From a virus (Duplodnaviria > Caudoviricetes): DNA of 64,000 nt. Both the position numbers and the translations under genes were made by a program. The first letter of the stretch is position 1. Every line of letters begins with the position of its first letter. The notes under the pieces were generated by a model. The model did not search any database. It had not been told where the DNA came from and saw only the letters and a list, made by a program, of their open reading frames with translations. Shown piece by piece: positions 29,031 to 36,850 of this stretch. The stretch covers positions 96,001 to 160,000 of IMG/VR virus record IMGVR_UViG_3300029288_000080; one strand, 5' to 3'.

Positions 29031-29432
29031 ATGGCTAACGCGATGGAATACCAGCGAGACGAGCACCGGGTCCACTTGATCGTGTACCACTTGATCTGGG
29101 TGCCCCGACGCCGTAAAGCCGTGTTGATCGGTGCCGTCGCCCAGGACTGCAAGGCACTGATCGAGCGTAAGTGCGCGGAGCAGGGCTGGACCATCCTGGA
29201 GTTGGCCATTGACCCCGACCACATTCACCTTTTCGTGCGGGCCTGGCCTACCGTGTCGGCCGCCGAGATTATACAGAAGTGCAAGGGGTTGACTAGCCAC
29301 GAGCTTAGAAAGCGACATCCCCAGCTCTTGAAACTGCCGTCACTGTGGACCAGGTCCTACTTTGCCTCCACGGCCGGTAATGTGTCGAGCGAAACCATCC
29401 AACGGTATATCGCGGCTCAGCGTAAATTCTGA
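29031..29432 (+). CDS. tnpA: IS200/IS605 Y1 transposase
   Basis: YHLIW, HUH motif DHIH, LWTRSY, catalytic Tyr in IQRYI. Confidence 0.95.
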   Translation: MANAMEYQRDEHRVHLIVYHLIWVPRRRKAVLIGAVAQDCKALIERKCAEQGWTILELAIDPDHIHLFVRAWPTVSAAEIIQKCKGLTSHELRKRHPQLLKLPSLWTRSYFASTAGNVSSETIQRYIAAQRKF

Positions 29433-30580
29433 TGTTAAAGACCTTCCGCTACCGTCTCTACCCCAGCAAGGCCCAGGCCAAACGCCTGGCCTCGACGCTG
29501 GAGACGTGCCGCCGGGTCTACAACGACTGCTTGGCCGAGCGGAAAGTGGCCTACGAGACCGAAGGCAAGACCATCGGGAAGTTCGAGCAGCTCCGTCACG
29601 TCAAGGAGATCAAAGCGACCAACCCCTATGCCAAAGGAGTCCACAGCCACGTCCTCCAGGTCACGATCTCGGACCTGGATAAAGCGTTCCAAGCATTTTT
29701 CCGTAGGGTCAAGCAGGGCGAAAAGCCCGGCTACCCTAGGTTCAAGGGGCGGGATCGTTTTGACTCGTTCGGGCTGAAAGAACTGGGCAACGGATTTAAG
29801 GTGGACGGCCGACGGCTGAAGATCTCTGGTGTCGGAAGGATCGCGGTCAGGTGGCACCGGGAACTGGAAGGCAAGGTCAAGACTATCCGGTTGGTCCGGG
29901 CCGCGGGCCATTGGTTTGCATGTTTCTCCTGTGAGGTTGCTGTGCAGCCACCGCTGCCCGCGACGGGCAAGAGCGTTGGGCTTGACGTTGGTATCGAGAG
30001 CATCTTGACCACCAGCGATGGCGACAAGGTAGAGAACCCTAGGTGGTACCGTGGCGACCAAGCCAAGCTCAGGGTGGTGCAACGTAGGGTGTCCAGACGA
30101 AAGAAAGGGAGCAGGCGTCGGCGTAAAGCCATCAAGATGCTCCAACGGCACCACGAAAGAACCAAAAATCGGCGAAAGGATTTTTTGGACAAGTTGGCTT
30201 GCACGTTGATCACAACTAACGACGTCATCGCGATCGAAGACTTGCAGGTCACCAATATGGTCAGGAACCACCACCTGGCCAAGAGCATCATGGACGCATC
30301 CTGGGGCTATCTGCGGCAACGACTTGAAGCCAAAGCGGCAGAAGCTGGACGGCAAGTCATCGCGGTACCCCCGGCCTACACGTCCAAATCTTGCTCGGGT
30401 TGTGGCGCTATTTTTGAGGATCTGAAATTAAGCACCAGATGGGTCAAGTGCTGCTGTGGTTTGTCTCTGGACCGCGACCACAACGCTGCCGTCAACATTC
30501 TTAGGAGGGGACACCTCCTTCGGGAGTCAACGTGGGCCGCTCAAGAGCCGTGCGTATCCCGAGAAGCCGCTGGGCTTTAG
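29432..30580 (+). CDS. tnpB: RNA-guided endonuclease TnpB (IS605 type)
   Basis: GLDVG, AIEDL and DRDHNAA; Zn finger; TGATG coupling to tnpA. Confidence 0.95.
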   Translation: MLKTFRYRLYPSKAQAKRLASTLETCRRVYNDCLAERKVAYETEGKTIGKFEQLRHVKEIKATNPYAKGVHSHVLQVTISDLDKAFQAFFRRVKQGEKPGYPRFKGRDRFDSFGLKELGNGFKVDGRRLKISGVGRIAVRWHRELEGKVKTIRLVRAAGHWFACFSCEVAVQPPLPATGKSVGLDVGIESILTTSDGDKVENPRWYRGDQAKLRVVQRRVSRRKKGSRRRRKAIKMLQRHHERTKNRRKDFLDKLACTLITTNDVIAIEDLQVTNMVRNHHLAKSIMDASWGYLRQRLEAKAAEAGRQVIAVPPAYTSKSCSGCGAIFEDLKLSTRWVKCCCGLSLDRDHNAAVNILRRGHLLRESTWAAQEPCVSREAAGL

Positions 30581-31003
30581 CCCATGCGGAGTGTCACCGA
30601 GAGTACCAAACCACTATCATGTGGGCGTTGCTTGACGCGGTCGCGGACGCACATCAGTATGCCGATGTCCAGTTGGTCGAGACCCCCTGGACCCTCGTGG
30701 CCGACGTCGTGGCCTACGGAGTTCAAGGTAAATCCCCTGCCCTGACGACAGCGGCAATTCAATGTCTGGAGCAGGGATTCGCCGCCGTGGGCACCAAGGC
30801 CAGTATTTTATACGACTTGGCTGGTGACGGCAGCACCTGTTGTGTCGTGGATCCAGAAGTTCATGACCCCGAAAAGGTCGTGGCCAGGATGAAAGCCCCG
30901 GTGGTCAGGTATCAAGGCCGGATTTTTATTCGCCGTTAGTCCACGAAACTAAAACAGAATCCTGGGGCACGGCAAAATAAATCCATTTTTCTGTAAAAAA
31001 GAG

Positions 31004-31032
31004 TTGACGTTGTCAATCAAATGACCTATATA
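31004..31032 (+). promoter_or_regulatory. Sigma70-type promoter with TTGAC-N3-GTCAA palindrome
   Basis: TTGACG-17-TATATA. Confidence 0.55.
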
Positions 31033-31089
31033 TTGCTTGTAGGCAGCGACAACCAACGGCCCCAAGGGGCCTGAACCAGGAGAACGAAA

Positions 31090-31902
31090 ATGCCCAGCAA
31101 GAAGATCGATGGTATCACCCGCAACGATTTCTTCTACGTGGAGACCAAGTTCGTCCGGGTGGAGCCCGGGTTCAACGGAAGGATCACCACGACCGACAAC
31201 GGAGTCGCCCCCGACGACGACCTCGCCGACCTGGAGTCGATCCGGGAGCACGGGGTCCTGGTGCCGCTCATGGTGCGGCCCGACCCCGAGGGGATCACCA
31301 AGTACGTGGTGATCGAGGGGCACCGGCGGCTCGCCAAGGTGCTGCTGCTGAACGCGAACGGCTGCGACATCCGGGTGCCCGTCATCGTCGAGCACGTCAA
31401 CGAGCAGGACGCCGCCGCCATGATGGCGATGGCGGGGCTCCAGCGCAAGAACTTCTCGTTCGCCGAGGAGGTCAACATCGTCCGGAAGTTCGCCCGGTGG
31501 GGCCTGTCCCCGGCCGAGACGGCCAAGAAGATCGGGATGCCGGTGGAGTGGGTGCGGCAGCACCTCGCGGTTTCCGCCGCCCCCGAGTCCGTCCTGGCGG
31601 CCGTGGCCTCCGGGGCCATGCCGGCCGACGTGGCGGTCAAGATCGCGAACCTCTCGGCCCGGGATGTCAAGAAGGTCGTGGACGCGGCCCAGAAGGGCCG
31701 GGGCTGCGCCCGCAAGGCCTCAGAGAAGGTGACCGGCAAGGCCGCGCGGCCCGGCAAGAAGGTGGTGGTGTCCATGAAGACCCTGCTGGCCGAGACCAAG
31801 CGGAACCGGAGCCCCCGGGTGAACCGCTGGATCGAGACCTGCCTGGACTTCGCGGCCGGGATGGTCCCGGCCGACGACCTGGCCGACATGCTCCGTCGCT
31901 AG
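31090..31902 (+). CDS. ParB/Srx N-terminal domain protein with HTH
   Basis: SIREHGVLVPL, IEGHRR and HTH AETAKKIG. Confidence 0.85.
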   Translation: MPSKKIDGITRNDFFYVETKFVRVEPGFNGRITTTDNGVAPDDDLADLESIREHGVLVPLMVRPDPEGITKYVVIEGHRRLAKVLLLNANGCDIRVPVIVEHVNEQDAAAMMAMAGLQRKNFSFAEEVNIVRKFARWGLSPAETAKKIGMPVEWVRQHLAVSAAPESVLAAVASGAMPADVAVKIANLSARDVKKVVDAAQKGRGCARKASEKVTGKAARPGKKVVVSMKTLLAETKRNRSPRVNRWIETCLDFAAGMVPADDLADMLRR

Positions 31903-31987
31903 TCCTTCCTTTCCGCTGCTTCCCCTTTCGCCTTTTTCTTTCCAAAGACCTCTTGACAAGTATTGCACTGCGCGGTACACAATAGGT

Positions 31988-32131
31988 ATGAAGACTGCTA
32001 CCAGCTTCCGCCTGTCCAAGCGGGCCCATGAAATCTTGGCCATCCTGGCTGAACAGAAGGGCGTCAGCAGGACCGCCATCATAGAGATCGCGTTGCGTGA
32101 ATTGATCACACGGGAAAAGTCCAGTGGGTAG
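31988..32131 (+). CDS. CopG/RHH-family regulator
   Basis: MKTATSFRLSKRAHEILAILAEQKGVSRTAIIEIAL; TTGACA promoter at 31953; overlaps the tnpB start. Confidence 0.75.
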   Translation: MKTATSFRLSKRAHEILAILAEQKGVSRTAIIEIALRELITREKSSG

Positions 32132-33644
32132 AGCCACAACCCCCACGTTCATCGCGGAGTTTCCCTTGGTCACGACTCCTGATCAGGAGCGTGAACTTGC
32201 CATCAGGATGGAGATGGCCCGGCAGATCTACAACGCTGCCTTGGAAGAATCCCTCAGGATCCTGGATCTCATGCGGGAGTCTCGGGCGTGGAAGCAGGCA
32301 CGGAAGTTGAAGGGGAAAGATAGGACCGCGGCGTTCAAAGCAGCGGTTCAATCTTTTGGGTTCAACATCGGCACAATCTATTTGTTTACGAAAACCTGCC
32401 GTAAGTCTTGCTGTATTCAAGACCATGTGGGAGCGGTGGAGGCACAAACCCTGAGTGACCGAGCGTTCAGCGCAGTTCAGCGCTATGGTTTCGGGAAGCA
32501 GGGTAGACCACGGTTCAAGGGTTACGGTAGACTTCATAGTGTTGAGGGAAAGAGCAACAAATGTGCCATTATGTTGCGGGGCAACCAAATCCTGTGGATA
32601 GGGTTGACCCTGTCCTTAATGCTGGACCCCAAGTCAAACGAATGGCAAACCCAGGCGCTGGCCTGCAGGACCAAGTATTGCCGCATTGTTCGTCGGCGCA
32701 TCAAAGGTCAGGATCGTTGGTTCTGCCAGTTGGTACAAGAAGGGCGTCCTCCCCAGGTTCATCAGGTAGGTGAAGGTTCCGTGGGGCTGGACATCGGGCC
32801 CAGCACGATCGCTGTTGTCAGCGACTCCGCCGCTAAAGTCCAGCAGTTTTGCCCGACGGTTCAAGAACCTTGGGCCGAGACCAGGGTGATCCAGCGGGCT
32901 CTGCGTAGAAGCAGAAAGGCTACAAATCCTAATCGGTACAACTCAGACGGCACGTATCAACGAGGACGCGGCCACTGGACCAAATCCACGCGGTATCGGA
33001 AATTACAGGTCAGATTGGTAGAACAGCAGCGAAAACTCTCTGCAGAGCGGCGTAGGGCACACGGCCAACTCTGCAACGAGATCTTGGCCCAAGGAAAGGA
33101 ACTCAAAACCGAAAACATAAGCTATTTGGCTTTTCAAAAGAATTTTGGCCGAAGCATGAAAGTCCGGGCTCCTGGGATGTTCATGGCGCTGCTGACCCGC
33201 AAAGCCGAAAATGCTGGCGGGTCCATCACGTTGATCACGCCCAGGACCACAAAGTTGTCCCAGTACGACCACACTGTGGATCGGTACATCAAGAAACCAT
33301 TGTCCCAAAGGATCCATTGCTTTGGCGACGGTGTTACTAAACCGGTTCAACGTGATCTTTACAGTGCTTTTCTGGCCAAACATTGTTCCAAGGATAACTT
33401 GGATGTCCGTCAGGTCCAACTGGCCTGGCCGGCTGCGAAACCGCTGCTGCGACGGGCGACATCCAAGTGGAAAGAATCTGCGAGCAGGAAGGCTTCGGCC
33501 ATTCCTCACGATCATGATCGTCAGAGCGGATCGTCCGTCAAAGCCGACCCAGACCACGACGAGGCCCGGGATGTTGTAGTGAGGACACCAGACTCACGAG
33601 AGCCCGGGAGAGCTGCGGTTAGGAAAGCAGAATCTCATGTTTAG
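32124..33644 (+). CDS. tnpB: Long TnpB-family RNA-guided nuclease lacking the Zn finger
   Basis: GLDIGPS, KTEN and QRDLYSA RuvC motifs; PRFK motif. Confidence 0.8.
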   Translation: MGRATTPTFIAEFPLVTTPDQERELAIRMEMARQIYNAALEESLRILDLMRESRAWKQARKLKGKDRTAAFKAAVQSFGFNIGTIYLFTKTCRKSCCIQDHVGAVEAQTLSDRAFSAVQRYGFGKQGRPRFKGYGRLHSVEGKSNKCAIMLRGNQILWIGLTLSLMLDPKSNEWQTQALACRTKYCRIVRRRIKGQDRWFCQLVQEGRPPQVHQVGEGSVGLDIGPSTIAVVSDSAAKVQQFCPTVQEPWAETRVIQRALRRSRKATNPNRYNSDGTYQRGRGHWTKSTRYRKLQVRLVEQQRKLSAERRRAHGQLCNEILAQGKELKTENISYLAFQKNFGRSMKVRAPGMFMALLTRKAENAGGSITLITPRTTKLSQYDHTVDRYIKKPLSQRIHCFGDGVTKPVQRDLYSAFLAKHCSKDNLDVRQVQLAWPAAKPLLRRATSKWKESASRKASAIPHDHDRQSGSSVKADPDHDEARDVVVRTPDSREPGRAAVRKAESHV

Positions 33645-33662
33645 GCATGGGAAGGTCTGGCT

Positions 33663-33799
33663 AAAGGAAGTCGAGCGTCATCTTTTCAGAAGCCAAAAAG
33701 GCCAAGGCCGACGCGACCGTCCTGGCTAACCTAGCCCTGGTGCTCGCGGAAGCCGAACAGCACTTGGCCGACGCTTCCGTGATGGAGCCGGCCGAGTAA
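33663..33799 (+). pseudogene. Start-less 3' gene remnant
   Basis: Coding-like frame ending in TAA with an in-frame stop just upstream, abutting the eroded IS end. Confidence 0.35.
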
Positions 33800-33808
33800 A
33801 ATAAAGTA

Positions 33809-33837
33809 TTGACAAGGTCAATACCCTGTACTATAAA
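33809..33837 (+). promoter_or_regulatory. Sigma70 promoter with TATTGAC-N3-GTCAATA palindrome
   Basis: TTGACA-17-TATAAA. Confidence 0.65.
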
Positions 33838-33858
33838 GACTGTAGAGGAGACAGCGTC

Positions 33859-34473
33859 ATGACCACGAAAATCAAGACCACCAGGCACCCTGACGGATTC
33901 ACCGCCTACGAGATCGCTGGCCTGATGGAGATGGCCCAGCGGTACCTGTACCTCCGGGAAAACCTGAGCCGTACCCACGACATGATGGTCTCGGCCGACA
34001 GCATGGTGGCCAAGGGCCTGGACCTCCCCGAAGCCCTGAAGCCCGAGCGACTGCTCAAGGGCATCGCATACTACATCAGCACGGCGTTCAACCCGGATCG
34101 CTGTCTGTGCAGTTGCAAGGGTATGTACTTCTGCGACCTGTCTGCTGGCCACCCTGGTCCCCACAAGGATGATACCTTCCAGTGGGACCACGATTATGAT
34201 GCAGGCGTCGCCGGCGAGATCAAGGAGTTGGAGGTCCTGGACCACGACGAAATCCAGCGGGAAATCGGCATCAGGGTCATCTACGACTCGGTGGACCACC
34301 ACCACGAAGCCCGTCGGTTCAAGACCATGAAGGCGGCCCAGCGGTTTGCCCACCGGTGGGTCGGGACCACGCCGGAAATCGGCACTGATTATGCTGTGAG
34401 CCCCGACGGTATCGGGCGCATCACCTGCGAGGGATGCGACGTCTACACGTTGTTTCCCGACGTGGCGAGGTAG
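33859..34473 (+). CDS. Hypothetical protein
   Basis: GAGGAG RBS. Confidence 0.7.
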   Translation: MTTKIKTTRHPDGFTAYEIAGLMEMAQRYLYLRENLSRTHDMMVSADSMVAKGLDLPEALKPERLLKGIAYYISTAFNPDRCLCSCKGMYFCDLSAGHPGPHKDDTFQWDHDYDAGVAGEIKELEVLDHDEIQREIGIRVIYDSVDHHHEARRFKTMKAAQRFAHRWVGTTPEIGTDYAVSPDGIGRITCEGCDVYTLFPDVAR

Positions 34474-34477
34474 TGTC

Positions 34478-34732
34478 ATGAACAAGACCAAGGTCAAGAT
34501 CGAGAAGGCCCTGGTGGACGCAAAATTCATCAAGGTGGAGCCGGACTTCTGGGCGCTGTTCCCTTACGGGCCGGACACCCGACCGTGGACCCGCCGAGAC
34601 GTCAGGGAGTCCAGCGCCATCGCGGCCGAGTACCACGCGGGCGAATGGAAGGTCATCCGGGGGCTCCAGAGCGTCGCGATCAACAAACCACAAGATGTCC
34701 AGGTAGCCGTGGACCTTCTGTGCGGAAAGTAG
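34478..34732 (+). CDS. Hypothetical protein
   Basis: GAGG RBS, packed in the operon. Confidence 0.6.
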   Translation: MNKTKVKIEKALVDAKFIKVEPDFWALFPYGPDTRPWTRRDVRESSAIAAEYHAGEWKVIRGLQSVAINKPQDVQVAVDLLCGK

Positions 34733-34740
34733 GAAGTGCC

Positions 34741-34968
34741 GTGAGCAAACCCACACGACATTACCATCGGATTTTCAAGGAAGCGGAAGTCACGGCCTAC
34801 TACGTGCCCCCGCCCTTGGAAGCACACTGTTATGTTCAAATTTGCAGATGCGGGGCATGGCGTTGCCGCTGGCAGCCCGCCTTAAAGGATGATGGTCGGG
34901 TATGGGTTTCAAAGGACGAGCAGGACCCGTTTGTTCAGACCGCCATCAATAGTCTTCTAGGAAAGTGA
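34741..34968 (+). CDS. Hypothetical protein
   Basis: GTG after AGGAAG. Confidence 0.5.
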   Translation: MSKPTRHYHRIFKEAEVTAYYVPPPLEAHCYVQICRCGAWRCRWQPALKDDGRVWVSKDEQDPFVQTAINSLLGK

Positions 34969-34975
34969 GGACGCT

Positions 34976-35656
34976 ATGTACGAGTGGCAATACTGCGCCG
35001 TCGACACCAACGCCCAGAAGTATTTCCCGTGGACCAGCCAGCGCCGCCAGGCCATCCGGGACTTGCTGGACTGGGTCTGGGACCAGCCCAATCGCGTCCG
35101 TGGCGAGCGCGTCGCCCACATCGCCGTGAAGGACTGCTACGTGGAACGTCGCTGGACCGACCAGGGCGACCCCGAGGGAGATCCGGAGGGTAGCGTCGGA
35201 GAAGCCATGTGGTACGCCCAGTACCACGGGTGGGTGGACCGACAGGGTCGTTGGGTGGACCCTCAGGACCCTCCTGGCCACAAGGACTCGCTCTGGCTGG
35301 ACGACGGTAGAGCCCCGAGCGAGTGGGAGCGTGGGCTTTCGTGTAGCCAGGAAGACCGTGACGCCAGCGAGTGGGTCTGGGTCATGACCATCGACGAGGC
35401 CAAGACAGCTTTGCAGTCCGGCCGCTACCGTTACGTGTCCTTGGACTGGTCGCTGGAGTCCACGGATCCTGACCACACCGGTACCGACCTGGCCAAGTGG
35501 ATCCTCCAGGAAGCGGAGGCTGGGCGACTACCACGTCTCAAGTGGTACGTGCATTCGGGTCTCTCGTCTGGTCGGGCAGAAATGCGCCCGTACCTGAAGG
35601 CCGCGGACCAGAGTTGGGCGGCCCGAGAAAAGGTGCAAAATCATGACGCCAAGTGA
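34976..35656 (+). CDS. Protein with a cyclic-phosphate-processing receiver-like domain
   Basis: LWLDD.R.P...SLDWSL...TG.D.AKWI...VHS pattern. Confidence 0.6.
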   Translation: MYEWQYCAVDTNAQKYFPWTSQRRQAIRDLLDWVWDQPNRVRGERVAHIAVKDCYVERRWTDQGDPEGDPEGSVGEAMWYAQYHGWVDRQGRWVDPQDPPGHKDSLWLDDGRAPSEWERGLSCSQEDRDASEWVWVMTIDEAKTALQSGRYRYVSLDWSLESTDPDHTGTDLAKWILQEAEAGRLPRLKWYVHSGLSSGRAEMRPYLKAADQSWAAREKVQNHDAK

Positions 35657-35918
35657 AGCCATTGCCAAGATGTTCCAGATCCACATGAAGGCCGAGGATG
35701 ACCTCCGGGCTGTCCTGGACCAGTACAACGCCGAGCACAGAACCATCATTCCGGTGGAACGGCTCTGCTACGACGCCATGGTGGAGAACCAGCTGGGTCA
35801 TACCACCGACATCATTCCCAGGAGTGTGTTCTGCCATTACTACTCGGCGGTCGAGTGGGCGGCCAACTGTCACTATTACCGGGCCAAGGACCTTGAAGCC
35901 CAGGGTAAGGGGAAGTAG
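35643..35918 (+). CDS. Hypothetical protein
   Basis: Overlapping operon gene. Confidence 0.55.
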   Translation: MTPSEAIAKMFQIHMKAEDDLRAVLDQYNAEHRTIIPVERLCYDAMVENQLGHTTDIIPRSVFCHYYSAVEWAANCHYYRAKDLEAQGKGK

Positions 35919-35919
35919 T

Positions 35920-36318
35920 ATGACCGCCATCAGGACCAGGACCATGAGAAAGCGCTGTATGCTGTGCACAGCCCAACACGAGGGCGAGATCGGGGATCCT
36001 TACTGCCCCGAGTGCGGGCTGCTGTGTCGTGGTTTCGAGGCCCTGGCCCACCAGGACCCTGGGGCTGCACTGGACTGGCTCGCCACCATGGAACACTGTT
36101 ACGGGCTGGCCCAGCAGTGCAGGGAACTCCCGCCTTGCCAGCCAGAACTCACGGCGCTGTTTGACGGACTGCTCCATCGTGGTCTGGCCAGCACGGGCCC
36201 CATGAAGGACTTCATCGAGGCGTACTGCCAGTACCTTCAGGACGGCGAACACCTGCTGTCCGAGGAACAGAAGCAGGACCGTGCCCATGACAGGGTCGTG
36301 GCCCTGTTCGGGGGCTGA
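35920..36318 (+). CDS. Hypothetical Zn-finger protein
   Basis: CMLC...CPEC. Confidence 0.55.
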   Translation: MTAIRTRTMRKRCMLCTAQHEGEIGDPYCPECGLLCRGFEALAHQDPGAALDWLATMEHCYGLAQQCRELPPCQPELTALFDGLLHRGLASTGPMKDFIEAYCQYLQDGEHLLSEEQKQDRAHDRVVALFGG

Positions 36319-36320
36319 TC

Positions 36321-36767
36321 GTGGTGACGATCCGGCATTATCAGGACCACTGGGCCCTGCAGGGGCGAGAGAATACCCGCAATCTATGGGACGGGGACGT
36401 TGCCCCGGACCCGCGGCTTCCCAGGGCGGCCCAGCGTTTCTGGCGCCAGGTGCATTTTCCACCGCGGTGTAACGGTGGTGTCGTGGCTCGTGACCATAGT
36501 GAAATCATAGGGATTTGCCGGTACGAAATCGTCAGTGACGCCCCCCGTTGTCGTGGCCAGGTGATCTTAGAGATGGCGGGCACCTGGATAGCTCGCCAAT
36601 ATCGTCGAGATGGTCTCGCCACCCGAATGTGGCGCTTGATTTTTCGGAAACTTCCGAAAGACACCAAAGTGCACTGCGTGGTTGCCACGTGGAGCGGCGC
36701 CCGCTTCGTGACCCGTTTAGCCCAGCAGTACCCCCATCTGCATTTTCAGGTTTCTCACGGTTATTGA
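36321..36767 (+). CDS. GNAT-family acetyltransferase
   Basis: IIGICR...TWIARQYRRDGLA motif A. Confidence 0.65.
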   Translation: MVTIRHYQDHWALQGRENTRNLWDGDVAPDPRLPRAAQRFWRQVHFPPRCNGGVVARDHSEIIGICRYEIVSDAPRCRGQVILEMAGTWIARQYRRDGLATRMWRLIFRKLPKDTKVHCVVATWSGARFVTRLAQQYPHLHFQVSHGY

Positions 36768-36788
36768 CCCCTCCGCCCATTTCTCCCC

Positions 36789-36805
36789 ACGTTAATCTTT
36801 AGTGG
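36789..36805 (+). promoter_or_regulatory. Putative late-promoter motif, copy 5
   Basis: ACGTTAATCTTTAGTGG at the head of the second virion block. Confidence 0.6.
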
Positions 36806-36850
36806 AATCCTAGTCCAGCCGGATCAACGGCGTGGGAAATGGTGTAGCCT

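Larger units (their letters stand above)
27864..30597 (+). mobile_element. IS200/IS605 element with two cargo genes, tnpA and tnpB; target TGAC
   Basis: Left hairpin 27885-27907 with guide CAAG, right hairpin 30567-30589 with guide GAAG and terminal TCAC; excision restores the flanking ORF. Confidence 0.8.
27819..30939 (+). pseudogene. Phage gene split by the IS605 insertion (27819-27863 plus 30598-30939)
   Basis: Removing the IS restores one frame: MLTPQDIAQRIQQHD-REYQTTIMWALL... Confidence 0.65.

Noticed and set aside
30598-33860. CRISPR array or Cas12-like locus beside the TnpB genes
   Set aside because: No regularly spaced repeats were seen near any of the three TnpBs
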